Assembly: GCA_044070495.1 (NCBI GenBank)
Contig: JBIPSI010000012.1
Span: forward strand, 89,808-153,807
DNA: 64,000 nt
Reading direction: 5' to 3'
Origin: Spirulina sp.
GTDB taxonomy: Bacteria; Cyanobacteriota; Cyanobacteriia; Phormidesmidales; Phormidesmidaceae
The position numbers and the translations under genes are program-made. Under the pieces are notes generated by a model. It had not been told where the DNA came from, did no database searches, and saw only the letters and a list, made by a program, of their open reading frames with translations. Shown here in pieces: positions 10,277-19,328 of this stretch (positions are counted from its first letter, which is position 1; every line of letters begins with the position of its first letter).

Positions 10277-10370
10277 ACCGAGTAGATGTCGAGGCGGCGA
10301 ATGTCAGAGATGCAGTCTGGCCCCAGATCATCTATACACAGACGGCATGCTGACTTCTGCTGAAGGGACG

Positions 10371-10397
10371 TATTGCTGGAGAACTTCAACCTATTCA
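10371..10397 (-). promoter_or_regulatory. Bipartite motif copy TGAATAGG-N12-AGCAATA
   Basis: Plus strand tattgct-ggagaacttcaa-cctattca. Confidence 0.6.
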
Positions 10398-10688
10398 AAG
10401 GGGCGATGTTGGCGTGGCCTATCAGTTTGGGCTTTGCACGGATCGCCAATCCCGAATGAACGTGTCCAATAGACCCGTCAGTAGTTCTCTTTCTGCCGAA
10501 GCGTAGCTAACTCTATAGCCTAGAGATCCATAGCCCCCACCCCTGCTGTAGATATCCGCTTCAATGGTGCGGCCATTGAGCTGAACGGTGTGAAACACGC
10601 TGCCCCTGACGCTAATGGCCCCACCGTCATCGGTACATTAGTTGCCCTGACAAAATAGGACATTAACTACAGTGATTAATCTTTAGTA

Positions 10689-11288
10689 CTAGCGTGAGCA
10701 AACAGGATCGATGTAGCAAACCCATTCTTCACGGCTCATGCCTCGACGGTGGCTGGGGCCAGTCGGTTCATGCTCAGCCCTGGAGGCTTCCACGGCGGCC
10801 CAGCCTTCAAACATGAAGTTCCACAGGCCATTGACCGTGTCCCGCTCTGCCTGCAAAAAAGCCTCTCGTTCTTCGGGGGTTAGGGTTTGCAGAAAGGCTT
10901 CTCGCTCTTGGCGACGGGCTTCTCGGCGGGCGGCATCTTCGGCTCGGCGACGCTGATAATCGTTCGCAAATTCACTACTGTTTTGCTGCCATTGTTCTAG
11001 CCGATCCTGGCGCATTTCCGTGCGTACCTGCGCTCCAGAATGGGGGGTCTGGGTTCTGGGCGTAGCGCGAGGGGCCTGTCCGCCCTGCGTGATACCTTCT
11101 AGGAGTTGCAGTCCATCGTGGACGGTTTGGAAAATATCAAACAGGTTGGCCACCCTAGCCGGATCGTCGGCAGTAGCGGTGCTTTCAGCAGGGGTGACGG
11201 CGGCGAGGCCGGGAACGGTGCCTAGCCAGGAAGCCAGGGCCAAGGTGGGTAGGGCAGCGCCTAGGCGAAACGTGTTGAACCAAGACAT
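10689..11288 (-). CDS. Hypothetical secreted coiled-coil protein (VAN-motif family)
   Basis: Signal peptide, RVANLFDIFQTV, FLQTLTPEEREAFL; same catatcctcata 5' leader as the 10206 gene. Confidence 0.75.
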   Translation of the reverse strand: MSWFNTFRLGAALPTLALASWLGTVPGLAAVTPAESTATADDPARVANLFDIFQTVHDGLQLLEGITQGGQAPRATPRTQTPHSGAQVRTEMRQDRLEQWQQNSSEFANDYQRRRAEDAARREARRQEREAFLQTLTPEEREAFLQAERDTVNGLWNFMFEGWAAVEASRAEHEPTGPSHRRGMSREEWVCYIDPVCSR

Positions 11289-11332
11289 AGACCATATCCT
11301 CATAACGGGGGTTGACTGCGGTCATGGGGATC

Positions 11333-11359
11333 TATTTCTGGGGCAGGCGAACCTATTCA
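11333..11359 (-). promoter_or_regulatory. Bipartite motif copy TGAATAGG-N12-AGAAATA
   Basis: Plus strand tatttct-ggggcaggcgaa-cctattca. Confidence 0.7.
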
Positions 11360-11367
11360 CGGATGGG

Positions 11368-11752
11368 CTAGATTTCTCCAATTTCTTGTATGGCTAGGGC
11401 TAGGAATTGGCCAGCGCGATCAATCTGGTCGGCAGCTTGTGCAACGGTTACAGCGTTTAACTGACCGTAATCACCCATCGTTCGCAGCGCTTGGGCCTCA
11501 ATCAAAAATTGATGAAATATCGTGGGCAGTTGTTGGGTTTTTGCAAATTCTCGTCCGAAGGCAGCAATCACCGCAGAGTGTTTAGAGAAGGAAAGCCCTT
11601 TACCATCTAAAAAAGCCTCCGCGATGTAGAACATTGCGTAGTAAGACCGCTAGACGGCATAGTCTGGATAGTTAGTTGTTGGTCAGGAGCAGTTTTGAGG
11701 CTTCTAGACTTTGTCTGGCCTTTTGCAGGAGTTCCTGTTGCTCTGAGGTCAT
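11368..11752 (-). pseudogene. HEPN-domain toxin pseudogene (MNT-HEPN pair)
   Basis: MTSEQQELLQKARQSLEASKLLLTNN*, a frameshift at a duplicated AACT, then YPDYAV*RSYYAMFY...SKHSAVIAAFGREF. Confidence 0.8.
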
Positions 11753-12069
11753 AATAAAATGCCTTCTTTACGGATGTTGCGAAGCAGGGCTGTATTGCGA
11801 GTTTGATACTGGATATCATCCATAAATAGGCAGGTAATCACGACATCATGATGAAGGGATAAATCGGCTACAACGTTACCCGTTCGCTGGATTTCTTCAC
11901 CTGGATTGATTGGGGACTTGAGCACCACTAAAACATCAATATCGGATTCGGGTGTCGCATTGCCGCGAGATTGGGAACCAAACAGGGTGAGATGGACTAA
12001 GCGATCCCTGTAGATGTCAGAGAGCGCTTGCTTAAGTTGAGCCAAGATAACAGCAAGGGCAGCATCCAT
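11749..12069 (-). CDS. Minimal nucleotidyltransferase (MNT) antitoxin
   Basis: LFGSQSRGNATPESDIDVLVV motif; ATGA overlap with the HEPN gene. Confidence 0.9.
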   Translation of the reverse strand: MDAALAVILAQLKQALSDIYRDRLVHLTLFGSQSRGNATPESDIDVLVVLKSPINPGEEIQRTGNVVADLSLHHDVVITCLFMDDIQYQTRNTALLRNIRKEGILL

Positions 12070-12144
12070 AGAAAAAGCCAGCAAGAAGTTCCTATTTCTA
12101 GGGTAGAAGAGGTTTTGCAAATCAGGTTTAAGGTATTTGTAATG

Positions 12145-12183
12145 CCTAGATGCCCGGTTTCTTGAAGCAACTGGGCATCTAGG
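12145..12183. repeat. Palindromic hairpin cctagatgcccggtt...aactgggcatctagg
   Basis: Visible inverted repeat directly after the DUF928-like gene stop. Confidence 0.7.
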
Positions 12184-12186
12184 ATG

Positions 12187-12990
12187 CTAGGAGGTGATTT
12201 CTTCGCTACAGATGGTGTCGATGAGGGTGGTTTGTAGGGTGGTGAGGGCCGGGGTAAGGTCGGTTTCGTCTACGGAAAAGAGGATGTGCAGGGCATCGGC
12301 GGGCATGTCCTGTTCTAGGAAGTAAGTGGCTTTGGCCTCGGCAATGGCGGCACTATTCGCCCCTTGGGCCACCAAGTCGGTGTGCAATTGGGCGAGGTCG
12401 ATGGTGATTTGGTCGCGATCTGGGCCGTTGGACATGACCCGAAAGGGCAGGATGTAGGTTGGTAGACCTGAGTTCTCGGCACGGGCGGAGGTTTGATAGA
12501 TGCGCCACTCGTAGCGGGTGCCCGGTTCTAGGGGGGTGGCCTCAAAGGGCGCTTTAACCAAAGCATCACCGACGGCATTGGGGGCAACGCTCCAGAGCAC
12601 AAGCGGGGGTGGGTCAATGCGGCGTCGCAGAAAGGGCTGAAATTCCTTCACCTCCATACGACTGACCCGCCCCTGGATCAGGAAAAGGGGTTGGAGATGC
12701 CAGAGGGTATCGTTTCTGCCGGGGTTGAGGATGCAGGTGCGGCTGGGTTCAGCTTCGCTACCCTCCGCTGTTTCGACCCAGCCATCGCCCCTGGAGGTGC
12801 CATCGCGGCCTCGGTTGCGGTCTTCGGGGTCGCGCCGGAAAAATTCGATGATGGTTGGGTCTGGGCTGAGCTGGGTCGGCTCTACCTGGGCGGCGGCGGA
12901 CGGCCCATTAACGAGTATCGAGGCTAACCCTAGGGTCACGGCACCTAGTCCCAGGCTCGCGGTAATCGTGATCGGTCTAATGGGTTGCAT
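12187..12990 (-). CDS. DUF928-like secreted protein
   Basis: Signal peptide, GRDGTSRG motif, LEPGTRYEW; overlaps the CHASE2 gene end, the usual CHASE2-DUF928 arrangement. Confidence 0.65.
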   Translation of the reverse strand: MQPIRPITITASLGLGAVTLGLASILVNGPSAAAQVEPTQLSPDPTIIEFFRRDPEDRNRGRDGTSRGDGWVETAEGSEAEPSRTCILNPGRNDTLWHLQPLFLIQGRVSRMEVKEFQPFLRRRIDPPPLVLWSVAPNAVGDALVKAPFEATPLEPGTRYEWRIYQTSARAENSGLPTYILPFRVMSNGPDRDQITIDLAQLHTDLVAQGANSAAIAEAKATYFLEQDMPADALHILFSVDETDLTPALTTLQTTLIDTICSEEITS

Positions 12991-15361
12991 CCGTATTTCC
13001 TCTTAGACTAGACAAACCATAACACCCCACCACCAGCGACGGCAGCAGCCAGGGCAGCAGCACCGCCCCGCTGATGTAAAGCTGTAACGACAGCAGTCCG
13101 TAGCCAGTGGTGGCCAATCCCAGGCCCAAGCTCACCTGCCAGCGGGGGCGAGGATGGACAGCCAGGTGCAGGCTCAGGGCTTTGCCCAGCCCAGCGGCAA
13201 CGAGAATCAGCCACAGGTCTGGGATGGGCACTACCAGGCGGTTGTTCAGTAAATGGTGAACCATGTAGGCGTGGGCTTCGCCGCCGGTGATGTGGGTGGC
13301 GGGTTGGTTGGCCCGTCGTCGCCAGTGGGCCAGGGCGGGGGGGATGGGCATATTGTCTTCGCCAGCGGCCACCAGTCCGGCGGCATGGTAGCCTCCGGGG
13401 GCCACAACCACCACGGCATTGGTGAGGTCGGGCAGATCGGCGGCATTTTCCCAAAGCTGCCAGGCGGGGATGGTGACAAAGACCCGATCCGGCGGCAGGG
13501 AAAAGTCCATCAAGGGCTGAAGCCACTGTTGCCAAATCCAATCTGAGGCATAGGTGATGGGGTGGAGGGTGGCGCGACGGGGCAGACCCAGATCGTGCTG
13601 TTGGCGGTAGGCGGCGACCTGGTCGGCCAGGGGTGGGCCATCCAAAGCAGGGCGCGGTGCGGCGGGGGCGGTTTGGCGCTGGTGCAAACGGTGGGCCACG
13701 GCCAGTTGATAGCTGAAGGGGTTTTGCAAATGGGGGGCTGAACGCTGGGGCAACATCCGCCACCAGGGCACCCGCACATTGCCCAGCAGCACACGATCCG
13801 GGGCAATGACATGGGGATGGGGCGTCAACCAAGCGCCCCCCTGACGAGCCGTAGCCACCACGGGCCAGATGCCTTGATTGATAGCGGATTCTAGGGCTTG
13901 GCGCAGTTCAGCATCGTGGGCGGGCTGGGCCAAATCGAGGATGTAGTCTAGGCCAATGACCGGGGCTTGGCGACGGCTGATTTCAGCCACAATCGTCGCC
14001 AGCATGGCCCGGTTGATGGGCGTATAGTCCGTCGCCCCCCAGCGAATAAAGCTCTCGCCGTCCACCTGCACCAGCACCACGGGCGGGTTAGCCGGGGGTA
14101 GCTGTCCGGTCAGGTCGCGATACACCGCCTGCGCCGCCACCCGCTGATCCATCAGCCAAGCCTGGGGTACCCAGTTGGCCTCGGCAGGAATTAGGCTAAT
14201 CGCCGCCAGGGCGCTAACGATCAGGGCTTCGCGGCGGGTGGGTTGCCAGCGTCGCCACCGACTACGCCAGCCCGTAGGTTCGAGTTGGTAGGGCACCGAG
14301 GCCGGATGGCGAAACAGCGACGGCACCAGGTAGGCCGAGGGATAGGTGAGGTTTTGCGCTAGCTTGAGGAATTGGCAGGCTCCGCGCAGGGCTGCCTGGA
14401 CGTTTTCGCCACGGGCAAGGCGCTGGAGCAACTGCACTAAAAAGGTTTGGGCCACCTGGTTATGGATCGGCTCCCGCATAACCGCCACCTGGCTGAGGCC
14501 GAGGTTAATCAACCCCTGGGCAATGTCTAGGCCGCTGCACGAATTGAACAGGGCAAACTGAAGCCCCCGCCGCTGGGCCTGTTGCAGAGCGGGGGTGAGA
14601 TCCTGAATCGACAGGGCCAAGTTGGGGGCAATGGCCACCTCGCCCCCCACCCAGGCCGCCTCGTTGCTGTGGCCCGCAAAAAAGAGAATGTCCCAGCCCT
14701 GGGGATCCGCAATAGCCTCGTAGATGCGACGCTTCAGGGCATTGGCCTCCTCCTCCGGCTGCCAGCCCACATAGTGAATGTCCATCACCACTGCCTGGGC
14801 GGCGAGGGCGTTGCGTTCCTCGGTGAAGTTCAGCCCGGTTTCGTCGCCCAAAATCGCCAAGACCCGCGTTTTGCCCCGCCGAAAGGAACGCCGATTCACC
14901 GCCTCGGCCCGAATGGTGGGCGGCGACCGCAAAATCTGCACTGGGGGGCCAAATTCCCAGGTTTCCCAGGGCAACCGAGCCAAGTCCAGCGGCGTGCAGG
15001 TGAGAAATAGCTCCAGCGGGGCGGCGGGATGCGCAGACTGAGCGGCCCTGACAATTTCCTGGCGCAGATCAAACAAATCCCCCTGCCGCAGCCAGCGATG
15101 GAACTCCGACAACAGCCGCGCCTCCGCCTGCCCCAGTTGGCTGTGCCAATCCACCGGAGCCGCCACCACCTGCCCCATCGCCCCGGCCCGCCCCCGCAGG
15201 GCTTGCTTGTAATAGCCCAAATAGGCCCGCCGCCAGGTGTCGTAGAGCGGCAACAGGGTGTCAGGAAAGGCCACCGTCGCCGTGATTCGCTGCCCCTCGC
15301 CCCAGGTGAGATCGAACAGGCCGCTCTGATCGATTTTGTGAACAGTAAGGCGGTAGGGCAT
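12977..15361 (-). CDS. CHAT (caspase-like) protease - TM - CHASE2 - 3TM membrane sensor
   Basis: LPWETWE, ILFFAGHS (His), LFNSCSG (Cys), VMREPIHNQVA; CHASE2 motifs VVLVQVD, VIGLDYILD, GGEAHAYMV. Start at MPYRLTVHKID. Confidence 0.88.
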   Translation of the reverse strand: MPYRLTVHKIDQSGLFDLTWGEGQRITATVAFPDTLLPLYDTWRRAYLGYYKQALRGRAGAMGQVVAAPVDWHSQLGQAEARLLSEFHRWLRQGDLFDLRQEIVRAAQSAHPAAPLELFLTCTPLDLARLPWETWEFGPPVQILRSPPTIRAEAVNRRSFRRGKTRVLAILGDETGLNFTEERNALAAQAVVMDIHYVGWQPEEEANALKRRIYEAIADPQGWDILFFAGHSNEAAWVGGEVAIAPNLALSIQDLTPALQQAQRRGLQFALFNSCSGLDIAQGLINLGLSQVAVMREPIHNQVAQTFLVQLLQRLARGENVQAALRGACQFLKLAQNLTYPSAYLVPSLFRHPASVPYQLEPTGWRSRWRRWQPTRREALIVSALAAISLIPAEANWVPQAWLMDQRVAAQAVYRDLTGQLPPANPPVVLVQVDGESFIRWGATDYTPINRAMLATIVAEISRRQAPVIGLDYILDLAQPAHDAELRQALESAINQGIWPVVATARQGGAWLTPHPHVIAPDRVLLGNVRVPWWRMLPQRSAPHLQNPFSYQLAVAHRLHQRQTAPAAPRPALDGPPLADQVAAYRQQHDLGLPRRATLHPITYASDWIWQQWLQPLMDFSLPPDRVFVTIPAWQLWENAADLPDLTNAVVVVAPGGYHAAGLVAAGEDNMPIPPALAHWRRRANQPATHITGGEAHAYMVHHLLNNRLVVPIPDLWLILVAAGLGKALSLHLAVHPRPRWQVSLGLGLATTGYGLLSLQLYISGAVLLPWLLPSLVVGCYGLSSLRGNTDATH

Positions 15362-15364
15362 GGG

Positions 15365-15416
15365 ATGGCGGAATGGCGGAATGGCGGGATGGCGGGATGG
15401 CGGGATGGCGGGATGG
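15365..15416. repeat. Octamer tandem repeat (atggcggr)x6
   Basis: Directly visible immediately upstream of the CHAT-CHASE2 start codon. Confidence 0.9.
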
Positions 15417-15499
15417 GGCAAAGCGTAGGGCATAACGCCAGGGTGAGACTAGCGCCAGGGCGAAGCAATGCACCATCTACTCACGAAGCAATGCCCTAT

Positions 15500-16723
15500 T
15501 TATTGAACCGGATCCTCTGGGCGAAAGACAAAGGGGGGCCAATGGAGGGTTGCGCCGTTGGGGAGTTGAATGGCCACGGTGAAGGCTTCTTCCCAGGTGC
15601 CGAAGACCTGGACATAGAGGTATTGGGCGGAACTTTGGGCATCGAGGGAACTATCCGCCAGCAGCCCTGTAGCATCGCTGACCTGGAGGCGTACCCCATC
15701 TGGTAGCGTATCGCCGGGGGCTGGCCCTAGGACTAGAAACAGGCACCATTCTGGCTCAGGATGCTCCCACACAGGCCAGATCAGGGCATAGAGCCGCAGG
15801 GGCAATCCGGTGGCCTGGAGATCGGTGTAGGCTCCCCTGGCGGCGGCGGGGATTTCCACTCCGGCGGGGGCCAGTTCGCGCAAAACGGCCTCTAGGGTAT
15901 CGGCGGGGCTTTGTGCGGCCATCAGGGCATGGGAGAGGGCAAGGGGCGGCAACAGGTTCCAGGTCAGGGTTTCGGTAACATGGGCGGTGACCGCATCAAG
16001 CCGATCCTGAAGCCATGGCCCCACATTGATCCATGGCCTGGTGGGCGAATCTGGGACGGATGCCATCGTCGGAGAGGTCGGGGGGGCTGGGGCGGTTTCC
16101 GGTGCCGCCGCCAAAAGCTGATCGGGGTTCAAACAGGTGAGGTAGAGCAAAATCTCCTCCGGTTCGGTATCAAACAGGGCGATGGGCAGGGTGTAGGTGT
16201 CGCCGTTATGGGTCAGGTGGCCGCTGGCTTGGTGGGACAACAGGCGATCCCGGCGTAGGCCACCCAGTATCGTCACCTGGTCGGCTTCTTCGCGCACTTC
16301 GACTAAGAGGTAGATGTGGGCGAAGGATGGTGGGGTGATGGGGTGGTGGGGTGGTGGGGTGGTGGGGTGGTGGGTGGTGGGGTGGTGGGTGGTTTGGGGG
16401 ATGGTGACTTGGTCGTCGCTGAGGCTGCCTTGCACGACTAAACACAGGCGAAAACCGTTGACTTCGGCCTGGATGCCTGTGCCTGGGGGCTGGGTGGGGT
16501 CGTAGGTGAGGGTTAGTCCGGTGCTGCCCTGCCGCAGCCAGTGATCGACCCCCCGTAGCGCCATAGCCCGCAAAAAGGTGAGCCACTGGTGGGCTTCGGG
16601 TTCGGATTGGCCGATTTGCACCGCCCAATCTACCTCTGCCGGGGAGAGGTGAACCGTGGCGGGGTGAAGGCGATCAAACTCGACATCGGGGGCGAGGTCT
16701 GGGAATTCGGGGGAAGCACTCAT
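15500..16723 (-). CDS. DUF1822 family protein
   Basis: FRLCLVVQGS, AHIYLLVEVREE...VTILG, INVGPWLQ, LPDGVRLQVSDATG, YLYVQVFGTWEEAFTV. Confidence 0.8.
   Translation of the reverse strand: MSASPEFPDLAPDVEFDRLHPATVHLSPAEVDWAVQIGQSEPEAHQWLTFLRAMALRGVDHWLRQGSTGLTLTYDPTQPPGTGIQAEVNGFRLCLVVQGSLSDDQVTIPQTTHHPTTHHPTTPPPHHPITPPSFAHIYLLVEVREEADQVTILGGLRRDRLLSHQASGHLTHNGDTYTLPIALFDTEPEEILLYLTCLNPDQLLAAAPETAPAPPTSPTMASVPDSPTRPWINVGPWLQDRLDAVTAHVTETLTWNLLPPLALSHALMAAQSPADTLEAVLRELAPAGVEIPAAARGAYTDLQATGLPLRLYALIWPVWEHPEPEWCLFLVLGPAPGDTLPDGVRLQVSDATGLLADSSLDAQSSAQYLYVQVFGTWEEAFTVAIQLPNGATLHWPPFVFRPEDPVQ
16325..16402. repeat. 7/8-mer ggggtggt-type tandem repeats inside the DUF1822 CDS
   Basis: Encodes TTHHPTTHHPTTPPPHHPITPP. 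Confidence 0.8.
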
Positions 16724-16778
16724 AGGGCATAGACTCGCGATGGGGTGGGTGAGGTAGGAATACATTAGAGTTGAGGGC

Positions 16779-18134
16779 TTAGGGTTGAGGGGGTAAAAAG
16801 GCGTGGATTTCGGTACAGAGGTGCTGGCTAAAGCGGCTTTTTACCGGGCGGGGTTTGGGCGCTTGGGCCTCGGCGGCGGCTTCGGCAATTAGGTCATCCA
16901 CCGTTTCTGCTAACAGGGTTTCTAAGGTTTGATCGATGGCCTGGAGCCGATCCGCCGAGACGTAATTCAGGGCTTCCTGGCGCAGGGTGGCGTGCAGTTG
17001 GGGAATCAGCCGATGGCGCACCTCCGCCCGCAGCCGTTTCAGGTTCAGCAGCCGCGTCACCTGCACCTGGGAACTCAGGCCAATGCGCGGAGCTACGGCC
17101 CCCATGGCCAACCCTTCACACTGGCGCAGATAGAGACCCTGCACGTAGGCGCTGTCCTGGGGTGGGGTGCGCTGGCGAAGCTGGCGCATTTGGTCGGCGA
17201 TCACCTGGCGTAGGGTGCCCCCCAAATGGTGATTCAGGCTGGCCCGATAGCGATCCAAAAAATCCATCTGTTCATCCGGGACTGGGGCCGCTTGGCGGGT
17301 TTGGGCGATGCTTTCGAGTTCAGAGTCGTCCTGGGGTTGGTAAAGCTGGGGATGTCCACCCCGTCCGTGGATGCGGTATTGCCGGAGTTGGGTGGCCAAC
17401 TGCCGCAGATTGGCCTTCACCTGTTTGGGGGAGCGGGTGGAATCCATGGCCTGCAATTGGTCGGGGCTGGGTTCTGGACAGCGTCCGGCCTTACCCTGTT
17501 GTCGCTGGCGCAGCCGATCCTGGCGATAGACCCGATGGTAGCTCTCCAGCAGGGCCACCGCCTGATCGACCTCGTAGGTGCTGCACAGATGATAGTCGCG
17601 TAAAATGCGCTGCACCTGGGCGGGGGTGGTGTCGTTCAAAATCGCCCAATCGCTGGCCTGGTATAGTCCCTTTTCTAGCAGCCATTGGTTGAGGTCGGGA
17701 TGGGTTTTGGTGAGGCGATGGCTCCAGGCACTGAGACGCCCCTTGGTGGGGTCGTAGCTCTCCAAAATCCGCAGGGTGAAGGGCTGATGGCGGGGGCGAG
17801 GGCGTCCATCATCCTCTAAAACCAGGGGCAGCAGGTCGGCGGTGGTAAAGCCGTAGCGTTCTCCATGGCGCTGGGCCAACCCCATACAGCAACTCCGAAT
17901 CTGGTGGGTCACCCAACCGCGCAAGCTCAACTGGGCCAGATCGGCCTCCGCCTGCCCCCTCTGCCAACGGTCAAACAGCGCCCGCTGAAGCTGGGCTTCC
18001 TGCTCCTCCAGGTTGTCTAACCAAGGGGCGAAGGCCTCCTGAAGCCAGGGTTTCACCGTCGCCAGTTCCAGGGTTTGAAGCTGGCCTCCACTGGTGAGCC
18101 GCACCAGGTGCCAATATCGTGAAGCGTTATTCAT
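16779..18134 (-). CDS. Sigma-70-like (region 2 / region 4-like) regulatory protein
   Basis: ILESYDPTKGRLSAW resembles sigma region 2; LYLRQCEGLAMGAVAPRIGLSSQVQVTRLL resembles a region 4 HTH; sits upstream of DUF1822. Confidence 0.55.
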   Translation of the reverse strand: MNNASRYWHLVRLTSGGQLQTLELATVKPWLQEAFAPWLDNLEEQEAQLQRALFDRWQRGQAEADLAQLSLRGWVTHQIRSCCMGLAQRHGERYGFTTADLLPLVLEDDGRPRPRHQPFTLRILESYDPTKGRLSAWSHRLTKTHPDLNQWLLEKGLYQASDWAILNDTTPAQVQRILRDYHLCSTYEVDQAVALLESYHRVYRQDRLRQRQQGKAGRCPEPSPDQLQAMDSTRSPKQVKANLRQLATQLRQYRIHGRGGHPQLYQPQDDSELESIAQTRQAAPVPDEQMDFLDRYRASLNHHLGGTLRQVIADQMRQLRQRTPPQDSAYVQGLYLRQCEGLAMGAVAPRIGLSSQVQVTRLLNLKRLRAEVRHRLIPQLHATLRQEALNYVSADRLQAIDQTLETLLAETVDDLIAEAAAEAQAPKPRPVKSRFSQHLCTEIHAFLPPQP

Positions 18135-18246
18135 AGCAGGGCAAACATTCTGCCTATCACAGTAAGTTGAACGGTCTCTCAACATCCCTCTACCCGTGGG
18201 AGAGGGATTTAGGGTAAGGGCTAGTTCGGCTAAAGCTGTTCTACCG

Positions 18247-18273
18247 TATTTCTGAGCAGGGAAGACCTATTCA
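18247..18273 (-). promoter_or_regulatory. Bipartite motif copy TGAATAGG-N12-AGAAATA upstream of the sigma-like operon
   Basis: Plus strand tatttct-gagcagggaaga-cctattca. Confidence 0.7.
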
Positions 18274-18442
18274 CCGGAAGGAGAAAGGTTTAGCGTTCTG
18301 GGGTGCAGTGGCTATGATAGACAGCAGTTGTTGGCGCGCCCTTAGCCCCCGCCATGGAACATCGGGCGTAGCCCTGGCCCACGGTGCCCCCTAGCCCATC
18401 GTTCTAGGCAAGGCCATTCCCTGAGCAATCCTTGGTTGAACC

Positions 18443-18574
18443 ATGAATGCCGTCGAAATCGAAGAAGCCGTTTCCCAACTGGCCGAAGCCCCCTTTGACC
18501 CCGAAGCGTTTCCCTTTGCCTTCCTGGAAGCCTTTGGCAATAAGGCCACCATGATCAAGAAGCTCAGGAGATAG
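18443..18574 (+). pseudogene. N-terminal fragment of a type IIG/IIL (YeeA/MmeI-like) RM methyltransferase
   Basis: MNAVEIEEAVSQLAEAPFDPEAFPFAFLEAFGNKATMIKKLRR*. Confidence 0.7.
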
Positions 18575-18662
18575 TATTCGTATCAACGATCAGTGGCGCA
18601 TTTGTTTTTTGTGGACAGATGAAAATAATGCAGATCAAGTTGAAATTGTAGATTATCACTGA
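18573..18662 (+). pseudogene. higB: C-terminal fragment of HigB toxin
   Basis: SIRINDQWRICFLWTDENNADQVEIVDYH*. Confidence 0.85.
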
Positions 18663-18670
18663 GAACGGCT

Positions 18671-18980
18671 ATGGATAACGCACGTCTGTCAAATATTCAC
18701 CCCGGCGAAATTCTACGGCTAGAATTTCTAGAGCCGCTTTTCTAAGGCCGCTTGATATTACACCCTACCAATTAAGTAAAGATATTGGTGTAGCCCAGAC
18801 GCGAATTAGCGAAATTTCATCTGAAAAGCTCTAAAAAGCGCAGCATTACAGCCGATACATCCCTGCGACCATCAAAATATTTTAGCAATAGCGCTCAGTT
18901 TTGGATGAACCTACAGTCTCAGTACGATTTACGCCAAGCCTAGGAAGAAAACAAAGAAATTTACAAACATATTCCTGAAC
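18671..18980 (+). pseudogene. higA: HigA antitoxin pseudogene
   Basis: IHPGEILRLEFLEPL...ITPYQLSKDIGVAQTRISEI...KRSITADTSLR...QFWMNLQSQYDL, with frameshifts and stops. Confidence 0.85.
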
Positions 18981-19049
18981 AACAACAACTGTGTATAAAT
19001 CGAACAGGGTTTCGCTGCCGTCTCCTAAGGTAACGATGTCGAAGGCACT

Positions 19050-19328
19050 TCAAGATAAGTTGGGCTCTTCCGGGTTCAGGGTGATGGCGGCTTGTTCTCC
19101 TGGGTCAAGGGTATTGAGGGTTGGATCAACTTCGGGAACAGATTGCACGGTAAGCCAGGAAGGAGGTTTGGCAATCCATTGTTGGAGAATGAGGGGAGCA
19201 TCAGGGTCGATCATTTCATCTCGAACAACATCGGGAATGATGATTTTCTGAAATAATTGGGGCAGGAGATGAACCTGGCCAATCAGCAGTAGATAGTTGA
19301 TGGGCGAGGTATCGGAAACGACAATCAT
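19050..19328 (-). pseudogene. DUF3368 (PIN-like) toxin, C-terminally truncated
   Basis: MIVVSDTSPINYL...LDPGEQAAITL; the expected LIDE...G tail is missing. Confidence 0.75.

Noticed and set aside
15362..15433. N-terminal extension PAIPPSRH... of the CHAT-CHASE2 ORF
   Set aside because: It is a translation of the octamer repeat; the start at 15361 is more plausible.
15365..16402. Short tandem repeats as a possible CRISPR array
   Set aside because: The units are 7-8 bp with no spacers, and there are no cas genes in the window.
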